Source: Amoebidium appalachense
Taxonomy: Eukaryota > Protista > Ichthyosporea
Direction of reading: 5' to 3'
DNA length: 64,000 bases
NCBI GenBank assembly: GCA_963693365.1
Contig: CAVNZM010000006.1
Span: 2,976,001 to 3,040,000 of the forward strand
The position numbers and the translations under genes are program-made. Of the stretch, positions 50,956 through 64,000 are shown piece by piece. How positions within the stretch are numbered: the stretch's first letter is position 1; every line of letters begins with the position of its first letter. The notes beneath the pieces were generated by a model. That model saw only the letters and a list, made by a program, of their open reading frames with translations, was not told the origin of the DNA and did not search any database.

Positions 50956-52742
50956 TCTTGGAGCTTTCTCTCGTACCTCGTACCTCTCTCTCGCTCTCTC
51001 TCCCTCTCTCTCTCGCTGTCTCTCGTGCTCTGTCTCGTACAGTAGTTTCGAACGCTTACCGGACTTGTTCGTCTGCGTGGGGGCAGGGTGCCGCAGGAAT
51101 GTACGTTGTACAGTCATGCGAATATACGATTGGGTCACAGTCGAGGGGGGCAAAGCGATTATCACTTCACTGAATCACGTGCGCCTCCCGGCTTGGTGAC
51201 GTCGGAAAGATTACAGATGACACGAACTGCACATATATGTACATACGCATACAGTCTGGCTTAAAAGGTTACAAGGCACGTGTATTTATCTGTCGGAATA
51301 TGGAGGCAGTTAACTACCTGTATAATTTAGTTATCCTCGGGCAAAAAGCCAGGGCACTACAGCCGCTGAGTCAGGTTGCAGCGCCCTAGCTAGGCCTGTG
51401 CACGTGTGACTGCTGATCGGGGATATCGATGGCTTGCGCGACATACCGTAGTCGGAATTAGAACACGTTGAGAAACGCATTAAAGTATTAATGTGTGTCG
51501 CACGCAAGGAAATTAGAGACTATTGATACTTTTGCCTTTAGCCTTATGGTTATTTCAGGGCAGCCTTTTTTGACGATGTACATGTAGGCTATTGAATTTG
51601 TACGTGCACCCGTGTTGAGATGGTGCCCTTGCATCACTTTCGTCAGCATCTTTCACAACCAATCATAGTCCAGATGAACAATACCAAATCTAGATCTATA
51701 TATCTGGTGCTTTTTCATTCGCCGACGAGGAGTGAGTGGAATCCAGTGTGGATGCTTTCTTATCCAATCGTTCGTAATTGCCTTCTCCCTATACACGCGT
51801 GATCACTGAAGAATCTAAAATAAATATCTGTTTTATTATATTGAAAATTTATTCCCGGACAGGCTTGAAGCTTCGTAGGCTAGTAGCCTCCGTTTCGAAT
51901 GATGATCCGTCTGACACCGTTGCTTATCCTCTCTAGAATATAACATTGAGAGCTTTACTACAATTATGCTACGTACATAGTCAAGGTGATACCGGATCTT
52001 CCGTAAACTACAAATCGATTACAATACATACTTGGCAATGTTTGGTTTGGTTTTTGGAGTCTCGAGATATACAAAAATGCAGAAAGTTCGCCCATCTGAT
52101 CTAGGGGGCTGTGTGTTTCCAACGGTTACGTATACGGTCACCGTATCAACTCGTCGCCCACTGCGGTCACACCGTGATAGTGCACAAAGCTGCCACTGTG
52201 TCAATATGTGATGTAGAAATAGGCTTAAAGTTTTTCCCGTTGAAAGTATTAGACCTGTTATATAGCAAGTTACTTATGCATTGTTATGTCGTTTTGAGAT
52301 CAATAAGACTGCATGTTGTGGCAGCACTTTGGCAGATAGAAGACATAGTCACTGATGATCAAGGGCGCAACGAGCTGCAGTTGGCCTCACACAAAGATCC
52401 CAGGAACATAGGCACAGAATTTTGTACGCATATATAGGCGAGCAATTAACTTAACAGATTCTTTCTGGTTTGATTCTGCTATATATTGTTCCGTTCTCAA
52501 CCTCGCTTGAGGGAAAGCTGGAACGTCGTCGTGATTGTTGACACGTTGCTCTCTATAGCTACCGTATGCTACTTTTGTGTTGACAATTTACTCAACAAAG
52601 CGGAGGGCACCGGTTCATGTAGTAGTTCCCGCATTTTTAGGCATTTTTCGGTGCTCATTTCCTTTAACTCCGTTTGTTTTTAGTTATGCATCCAAACAGA
52701 AACACATCATAAATGCAAGCAGACTCACTCAATCGAAAAACG

Positions 52743-56405
<3,663 letters not shown>

Positions 56406-56956
56406 CGATTCAGTGCGAGTTATATGTGGGACAGTTATTTCCGTTCGGAAAGAAGCCAGTTGGTTGCACTACTTGACATATTTCTAAGGTCTGAATTTTG
56501 GTGAAATTTGATGAAGGTGAATGAAACGGGGGGTTGGGTTCATGCATGGAGATGTTCTTTGATATATCTTTTCTGTATATACATAAACTTGTACATTCAT
56601 GATCAGGCAGTACCAGGCATCAGTTGGGTTGGGGACTCAGTGACGTGACCCACACCCTGAATCACATCTATAGTGGACCATGTACATATCGATGCATGTA
56701 GGCATAGCGAATAACAGGCTTAGATCTAGTCTGACATTTGAAGCCGTCTTGTTTTCTTTAAGAATAAAGCTCGATCCTTTTATTGTACGAGAGATTTACA
56801 GACTATTCTTTTATTCTTTGTCTGGGGTTAACTTCTGCAACATACACAAGTTCGTTCACCGTCAGTTAATGCATATGTGAGTAATAAAATGAATTAAAGG
56901 CCGAAGCCACCTGCAAAACCCATATAACTGTATGCATAGCATGTGAGGCTGCTCAG

Positions 56957-57140
56957 ATACCAAGGCCTCCTATATACTACACTAACAAGGCCTCCTACAT
57001 ACCAACATGTATATAGGAGGCCTTGTCAGATACACATCTTCTGATAACCTGGCAATCGCCGCTGAGACATGCATATGTACATATGTGTATGTACCAAGGC
57101 CTCCTAATACTAACTGTTAGTATATAGGAGGCCTTGGTAT
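56957..57140. mobile_element. 184-bp foldback/MITE with 23-bp perfect TIR and internal reiterated CAAGGCCTCCTA motifs
   Basis: ATACCAAGGCCTCCTATATACTA at 56957-56979 and its reverse complement at 57118-57140; the motif recurs internally in both orientations. Confidence 0.75.
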
Positions 57141-57188
57141 GTTCATACCGGACCCAAGGTTTTGGCAGGATCCTGGCCGGCTCACACA

Positions 57189-57358
57189 CTCACACGTACT
57201 GGCGGTGTGCAAGCGCTGCGATGAACTTTGCTCCGATTTTTCCTTACACTCTCGCGACCGCGTGCATGCTTTCTGTCGCGGCGCCTCGACGGTTCGATAG
57301 AGTCCAGTGTTCGCTGAGTGTGTAAGGAAAAATAAGGAGCCATCTCAGTAGGTGGCAG
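57189..57358. mobile_element. 170-bp MITE, copy 1, with target-site duplication
   Basis: GGCTCACACAC at 57179-57189 and 57358-57368; imperfect TIR CTnnCACnTACTG. Confidence 0.8.
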
Positions 57359-57537
57359 GCTCACACACGAACACGGCTTGTTCTGCTCACTATCAGGCCG
57401 TTCCCCTCTCTTGATCAAAGTCTTGCCTCGACTTGTAGGGGCTTACCTACAGTGATACCAGACTGCTGCTCAAGAGGCACCGTGGCCACGAGCATTTTAC
57501 ATATACTCTGGGCTTGTGAAGATAGTTGACACAAAAG

Positions 57538-57720
57538 CTCACACGTACTGACGGTGTGCACGCGCTGCGATGAACTTTACGTTCTGCAAACGATTTTTCC
57601 TTACACTATCGCGACCGCGTGCATGCTTTCACGGCTGTCGCGGCGCCTCGACGGTTCGATAGAGTCCAGTGTTCGCTGAATGTGTAAGGAAAAATAAGGA
57701 GCCATCTCAGTAGGTGGCAG
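57538..57720. mobile_element. 183-bp MITE, copy 2, with a different target-site duplication
   Basis: GACACAAAAGC at 57528-57538 and 57720-57730; body nearly identical to copy 1 apart from small indels. Confidence 0.8.
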
Positions 57721-58240
57721 ACACAAAAGCGTGCTTCACACACTTGCAAAGCCGTGTCGAACTATAAATGTTTTCATAGAATAAATAAACAGTAGGATTA
57801 TACGAAAGAGGTTGGCTCCTCGACCCATCCAGTCACAACTTGAAGTCTAACAAGGAAAAGGCATGCTCTACAGGGCACATGCTGTAGCTAGTAAGCACGC
57901 AAACGTGGAGAACACGACCGTGTTGGAGCAAAAAAGGCATGTCTTTTATTCAACTTTTCCTTGTTGTGCACCAGCAACCAGGCTGGTTCCCCTCCCTACC
58001 CACTAATTCATATGTTCAAATACACTACGAGAGCCCTATCCATCTATGCAGACATGCACTGACTCGACAGGAAAGCATTATACCCACACTGGAAGGTACT
58101 GCACTACATTCAGAAGACTCAAAACACCGACGCACTATGTTCAACAACACCATGCATACGGGCGGGCCCTAACGAGAAAAACCGGTCTATGTAGGCACAG
58201 GCGGCCACATGACCAACTTGCACCATCCTGCGTTCATGTT

Positions 58241-59718
58241 TTAGCGGGGGCCACCATATGCGTTCTGTTGTTGGGCTAGCTGCTGCAGTTCGCTCTTCTT
58301 GAGGAACTTGCCACCAGGGCCACGGGGTCTGCGCATAGCGTGCTTATGGCGGGACTCGTGCAGGTAGCCCTGAATGAGAGGAAAGGAGTCAGGACCATAG
58401 AAACAGAAGTCTGAACACACATCCACAAGCACACGAAAAGTCCTCCAAACACGTTTACCTAAGCAACGCAGGAACAGCTGTCTAACAGACGTCTACAAGC
58501 ACACATTTCTCACTGTAACTGACCACTCATTCAATCAGCTAAGCTAACCAAAAAAGGCAAAAAAAAAAAAAAAAAAGGTTGCTGAGAATATGTACCTTCT
58601 TGGTGCGCTGCAGGCGGAACTTGGCCTCGAGCTTGGCCCGGGCCTCTCTGCGCTTGAGAATGCGGTGGTATTGCTTGGCGTTCACGTACATGGGCTCCTC
58701 GTCACCTCCCTCGAGAGGCATCTGGTAGGGCGTAGTACCATAGGCCATCTGTTGCAAAAAATACCGTTAGAAGGTTGCAGACAAGAACGTGGACACACAA
58801 CCGACAAGGTTCGCAGCTTGGAAAAGACCAGTGCATGCTGAGCTATTTTTTCTTCTCGAGACAATTACGCAGAAAGGGTTACACACCTGCTGGGCCTGCA
58901 TCTGCTGCCATGCTTGCATCTGCTGCTGCAGAGCGTTGGGGTCTGCTTGCTGGGCGGAGGCCGCAGCATACTGGGCGTACTGAGCAGGGTCGTAGTAGCC
59001 GTACGCCTGCTGCAGAAAGAAGAAGGCTGTAAGTAAAAGAAAGAGGGGGGAAAAAACTCCATGAACAAAGAGAATAGGAACGGGGACCTCAAGTCACGGA
59101 GAGGGAAAGTCAAAACCTTCGAAAAGGAAGGTTCCAAAGTGCCTGAACAAGGAAGAAGCAAAGGCTGTTAAAAAAGCGCCCTCCATTAGGCAAAAACGGC
59201 CAAGGAAAAGAAAAAAGGGCCCGAGTGATTAAAACAAGAGCAGAAGGCTGCCACTGTAAAAGGTTGGCGCAACCAGAGAATATACAATTTTCACTATTAT
59301 TGCTGAGAAAAGAAAGGCAACAACAATACTCCCAACACTATCATCAGGTTCTTTACACTATGTACTTACGTTCCTCTAGCCAGTGAACAAGCACGCTTTT
59401 TGTTGCACAGTAGACCAAATCTTTTCGTAACCTGCTTTCGGTTTTATACTCTCACTCCATACTGTGCAGCAAAAAAGAAAATAAACGACTTCTTCGGAGC
59501 AGAAAGTTAAACCACTTTTGAGGCATGAAGTGAAAGCATGCTCTTTCACCAGCAAACCCAACAAGTAAAGTTTTTCGCTTCGAACCTTTCACTGCACACG
59601 CTTCCACTTCTCCGCTAGAGCTACACTCCTTCCCCGCTTACCCGTTGAGAAAGAAGGAGTCAAAAAAGACAAACGTAAACAGAGGAAAACGTACCGGTTG
59701 GCCAACGGTCGAAGCCAT
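58241..59718 (-). CDS. NFYA: Nuclear transcription factor Y subunit A (HAP2/CBF-B)
   Basis: Exons 59718-59695 (tentative), 59009-58887, 58748-58596, 58369-58241. [25 protein letters not shown] and [22 protein letters not shown]; Q/Y-rich N-terminus. 5' end uncertain. Confidence 0.92.
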
Positions 59719-61556
59719 GTTTGGTTGGAAGACTAACAGCAAATGAGAAGAGAGGACGTTTGTGAATGGCTGGGGCTTGCTGTGTTGCGGTTGGACTGGG
59801 CCTTTGTCTGACGCAACCACGTTTTGTGCTAATGGCTGGAAGGGGCCAACCCAGTGCGACCGTCAAAACAGGTTTGTGGTTTTTATAAGATGTGATTACA
59901 AATCAATTTAAAGTTTTAAAGTGCTGTTAGGGTACACATTAAATGTTTGACTTACTTTTGATTGGTTTAGCGGATACCTATAAATAAGTTGAGGTGGCAT
60001 TACCATAAATGATGGTTTGATCGGATTGGTTATTGTCCAATCGTTGAACGCTATAAGAAATAGCCAATAAAGGAGGGTAACGGAAAATGGACATACCATC
60101 CAAGTTGCATATATGATCTGGATGATCGTCAGAATTCCTTTAATAGTATGACAATAGAACCCAAAAAGCAATATTCTAATCATCTATAATGTTTTAATAT
60201 TACAAAGCACATTTTTGTCATGTTGTCAACCAAAAAAAGAATTAAACTTTGTGTAGCGAGAGCGATCTAAACTCTATCAGTAAATCAGGGAGGCAATGCT
60301 TTGCCCCACTCCTGCAGGAAAACAATGTTCCACAGATTTCGAGGCTCAGGGCCAAATGCCAATGGGGAGCAACGGACCAACGGTCGAACCAAACTCCCGT
60401 TTTTTGTGCTTTTGGTTTGTGTGTAGTGAAGTCCGTGGCAATAAACAGTGCTAATCCCCAGTGCAAGCTGGCTTTGGTTTCCCGTCTGTTGTGGGGAGTT
60501 GACCGTATACTAAGTAAGCACTTCCATGAAATTCAAATTTACCAATACTCGTGCGTGAGGGCAACGGAATGCTGCCCCGTGCACAAGAAGCTTGTTCCAC
60601 GATTGCTGTGACAAAGATAATGTAACATGACACTCACTATTGTTGGGCGTTTTTTGGCTAAAAGGATGTATTTATACGTGCTCCACCATTCTAATCCTCA
60701 TAAAATTGTCAGCTAACCCCTCCCCGTCCCTCCCTCCTCCCCCTCTACGCCCACCTCCCTGGGTTAGTTTCCCCTCCGGTTGACATGCGCAACGTTTCTA
60801 CCGCAAGAAACCTGGATAGCGAATAGTTCCTTGCTCTCGAGCGTATCTCGTTTTTTCCCATGGTGCCTTTAATTGCCCCCTGCTCCCTTTCTTCCCGTTC
60901 TCTTATCCATCGACGTGCTATCTTACAACTCTTTGAAACCCTCACCTCGTCCCCACTGCTCTCCGTCTAGATCGGTCTCCCTACCTGCCCCACGAATGCA
61001 GCAACAAAGCTTGCACGTGTGCAACGTGTGCTCGTATTGAAGAGAGCTTTTTTCGTGTAGGTTTACTTACCACTGGTGCGCGGATTCGCTTTGCGAGAAG
61101 GCGGTGCCAAGCTAGCGTTGCCTACATATAAAGCACATGTCCTGGGGGCCTTTGGATGTATTTAGCAATCTCGCTTTACACGGCCGGGCTATCTTATTTC
61201 GTCGATCCTCTGTAGCCTATAAGCTTCAGATATTCTCTGTATGCTTACTGGTGAACCCTCGAAAACAACAACAGCGACTTGACTTGTTTAATCTACTTGA
61301 TAAAAAAAACACTTAGCTAAAGCAGCACAACGGTGTGTATTAGCAGGAGTGAAAACACAAACAGGAAAAGGACAGTTCTTCGCATATATGATGCTCACCA
61401 ATTACCTACACCTGCCTGTCTACTAGACTTACATGCCCTAAACCTTCCCCCCCCCCCCCCCCCCCCTCCCCTTATTCCCTCCCTCCCCCTCCCACCCTGC
61501 CCTCTCACCCCCAACACACACACACGTAAGCCTCGCAACAATGTGTGCCCGACCTC

Positions 61557-63092
61557 CTACTTTTGCTTGGCTGCTCGTTTTAAACTCTTCCTACGTGGCC
61601 CCTCCGTTTCCTCCACTACTGGAGCCCTCTTCAAAGGGCTACCCAAATCAGCAATCCACACCTCTCCCTTCACCTCCTCTATCCTCGTATCCTTCTTCAA
61701 CCCGGCATCCTTAACACCCACACTACACTTCTTCCCCTTTCCTTTTCTAGCTTTCACCTCGTCCGCCACCACTTCATCCACTAGTGCCACGTGCTCTACT
61801 GTCCTCACCTTCTCTACCCTCGTATCATTCTTCAACCCGGCATCCTTAACACCCACACTATCCTTCTTCCCCTTTCCTTTTCTAGCTCTCACCTCGTCCG
61901 CCACCACTTCATCCACTAGTGCCACGTGCTCTACTGCCCTATTCTCCCCTGCCAAAACCTTTTCTAAAGCCGCCTCGGCTGCCGACGCCATCCCACCCAG
62001 CTGTGCCGTTCCAGGCACGACTTCCACCTCCACCTTACTCTCTTCCACCACACCCTTCTCCGTTTCAACACTCGAAAGCGACAGCACCAACCTCTTAACC
62101 AACACCGCCTTGGTTCCCTTAACATCCAGCCCCCTCCCCGCCAATGCCTCTTTCAACTGTGCGATCTTCATCTTTGCAGGGGGAACAGACTGTCCCATCC
62201 CAGGAACATCGGGTGCACAATGACTCACAAACACCTTTGCCGGTTTCGCCGCTGAAAGCGCTTTCCCCCGTGCCTCTGTCAACACTCCCTCCCCTCCAGT
62301 TCTTAACGGCTGGCACGTAACACACGCATACACTGTCCTTCCCGCCATATCCCACGTCTGCACCTGTGTGAAACATCGGCCACATTTGTCCTGATTGTAG
62401 ATGTATCTGCGTGACCACTGTGCCCCGATGTTTTCTTCTGAATCGACAGTGAGAATGGAGCCCGTAGTAAAACCACGCTGCAGCAACAACACACTGTGGC
62501 GCCACAGTGTCTCGAACTGGTCTCGTGTTATGGTGGCTGCTGGTTGCTCCGGGTGCACTCCAGACTTAAAAAGTATCTCTGCTCGGTAAATGTTCCCTAT
62601 CCCCGCGACGGCAGATTGATCCATTAAAAACAACCCCACTGGCTTATTCTTTCCCTTCTGGATTTTCGCCCAAAGCCTTTCTTTGTCCGCATCTTCGCGC
62701 AGAGGGTCAGGTCCCAGCTGCTTGCACTTCTCCTCATAAAGAGAAAAGGGGCCGTGTTCGCACGTCATCGCTGAGAGATGTGCCAACGTGCCCGTCTTTT
62801 GGTGAACGAGACGCAGGCGAGTTGTGGGTGTGGGTTCTGGGCCGGGTAGTTTGAACGTGGAAAACTGCCCCGACATGCCAAAGTGTATGTGCACTACAGT
62901 AGGTGTCTTTTCACTGCCGAAAAAATAAAACAGGTTTTTTCCATGTGCCTCTATTCTGTGCAGTTTCTTGTTGTGAATAAGTTGTGCTCCATCTGCAAAT
63001 CGGCCGTTTGGGGAAGATGCTTCAAATGCTTTGCCAAGCAGCAGCTTGCAGAGTGCAGCTGCCACCCTATGTACCTGGTGTCCTTCCACCAT
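61557..63092 (-). CDS. Fpg/Nei-family DNA glycosylase/AP lyase with C-terminal SAP domain, intronless (~511 aa)
   Basis: True start likely MVEGHQVHRV at 63092; HGKNLF, HFGMSG, LGPDPL, H2TH MDQSAVAGIGNIYRAEILF, zinc finger CGRC..CVTCQ, SAP-like MKIAQLKEALAGRGLDVKGTKAVLVKRL. Confidence 0.92.
   Translation of the reverse strand: MVEGHQVHRVAAALCKLLLGKAFEASSPNGRFADGAQLIHNKKLHRIEAHGKNLFYFFGSEKTPTVVHIHFGMSGQFSTFKLPGPEPTPTTRLRLVHQKTGTLAHLSAMTCEHGPFSLYEEKCKQLGPDPLREDADKERLWAKIQKGKNKPVGLFLMDQSAVAGIGNIYRAEILFKSGVHPEQPAATITRDQFETLWRHSVLLLQRGFTTGSILTVDSEENIGAQWSRRYIYNQDKCGRCFTQVQTWDMAGRTVYACVTCQPLRTGGEGVLTEARGKALSAAKPAKVFVSHCAPDVPGMGQSVPPAKMKIAQLKEALAGRGLDVKGTKAVLVKRLVLSLSSVETEKGVVEESKVEVEVVPGTAQLGGMASAAEAALEKVLAGENRAVEHVALVDEVVADEVRARKGKGKKDSVGVKDAGLKNDTRVEKVRTVEHVALVDEVVADEVKARKGKGKKCSVGVKDAGLKKDTRIEEVKGEVWIADLGSPLKRAPVVEETEGPRRKSLKRAAKQK
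61665..61934 (-). repeat. 135-bp in-frame tandem duplication (45 aa x2) in the Nei C-terminus
   Basis: VEHVALVDEVVADEV.ARKGKGKK.SVGVKDAGLK.DTR occurs twice; GTGCTCTACT at 61791 and 61926. Confidence 0.92.
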
Positions 63093-63574
63093 TTTCAGTG
63101 CGTTTTTGCGTGCGTGCGTGCGTGCGTGTGTGCGCGTGTGTATGTGTGTGTTCGTGCTTGTGTGTGTCCTCGACGGGCAGATATCATCAAACATGCACGT
63201 CAACTCAAGCACTAGCTGCAGCACAGCTGCTCACTTCTGGATGAGGAACAAATGTTACGTTTCTGATGGAAAAACGGAGCTTTCGCTATTTTATAGTCTT
63301 TTTTGATTGTTTAGTTAACCTCTAGAGAGTTTATAAAACATTTTGATTCGTCCTTATGCTTTCTTTAGCCCTCAATATCACATGGACGTTTGGCTTTTTT
63401 AGTTGAGGCTCATGAGACCACCATTCACTATAGCTAGTACTCATTTCAGCTCGGTCAAGCCCGCGGAGGAAGCTCCCTCTCGTGTTTAGAGTAGACGGGC
63501 CGACCCGTTTCCTAAAGTGACCTGCAATCACAGACCGATCTCAAATTCCGGTTTTTGATGTTAACGGCGGTCTA

Positions 63575-63729
63575 CGGGGAAGGGGAGGGGGGAGGGGGGG
63601 GGGGGGGGGGGGGGAAGGGTGGGGGGGGGGGGGGGGGGGGGGGGGGGGGAGGGGGAGGGGGAGGTGACGGTGGGAGGGGAGTTGGGGGGGGGGGAGGAAG
63701 GGGGAGAAAAGGGGTTTTTTTTTTTTTTT

Positions 63730-63768
<39 letters not shown>

Positions 63769-63786
63769 TGAGGGTGGGAGGGGGGG

Positions 63787-63832
<46 letters not shown>

Positions 63833-63853
63833 GAAAAGGGTTTTTTTTTTTTT

Positions 63854-63896
<43 letters not shown>

Positions 63897-63930
63897 GAAG
63901 GGTGAGGGGGGAGGGGGGAGGGGTGAGGGA
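63575..63930 (+). repeat. Poly-G/poly-T low-complexity block
   Basis: Alternating long G-runs and T-runs with a partly duplicated GAGAAAAGGG(T)n(G)n unit. Confidence 0.85.
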
Positions 63931-64000
63931 GGCCTGCTGTGTGTTAAATTGAATGTACCAGTGTGCAGTGTGAGCTCTGGAGAGAATCCAAAAGAAATAT

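Noticed and set aside
57189-57720. Paired LTRs of a TRIM/retrozyme
   Set aside because: Each unit has its own distinct TSD, lacks TG...CA ends, and no PBS/PPT or hammerhead core is seen.
61333-62223. 296-aa plus-strand ORF
   Set aside because: Antisense to the Nei C-terminus; no independent coding signal.
63093-63224. N-terminal extension of the Nei ORF given in the ORF track
   Set aside because: Begins at a non-ATG codon and runs through simple repeats; Fpg/Nei chemistry needs a free N-terminal residue 2, favouring the ATG at 63092.
63575-63930. Telomere or G-rich coding region
   Set aside because: No regular telomeric unit; homopolymer mosaic, possibly low-quality consensus.

Overview
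Eukaryotic, intron-rich genomic DNA (GT-AG introns packed with poly-G/poly-C and (CA)n/(GT)n tracts). The gene content suggests a unicellular opisthokont, probably a holozoan; this is inference. Spliced genes reconstructed by eye: a 5'-partial LPCAT/LPEAT-type acyltransferase, a 27-exon metazoan-architecture CBP/p300 (TAZ1-KIX-bromo-RING-PHD-HAT-ZZ-TAZ2-polyQ), a tandemly duplicated F-box/LRR-like gene (one intact copy and one pseudogene, with a 5'-truncated LINE in the pseudogene's unit), an 11-exon Rrd2-type PTPA, a GLT8D-like GT8 glycosyltransferase, NF-YA, and an intronless Val-type Fpg/Nei glycosylase fused to a SAP domain. The most notable non-genic structures are a ~355-bp hairpin-containing interspersed element with a fixed end abutting C-tracts and variable truncation of the other end, a 313-bp MITE with CACTATGGGG termini (Transib/CMC-like), and two independent TSD-flanked insertions of a structured ~175-bp MITE. 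Most ORF-track entries are artefacts of simple repeats.
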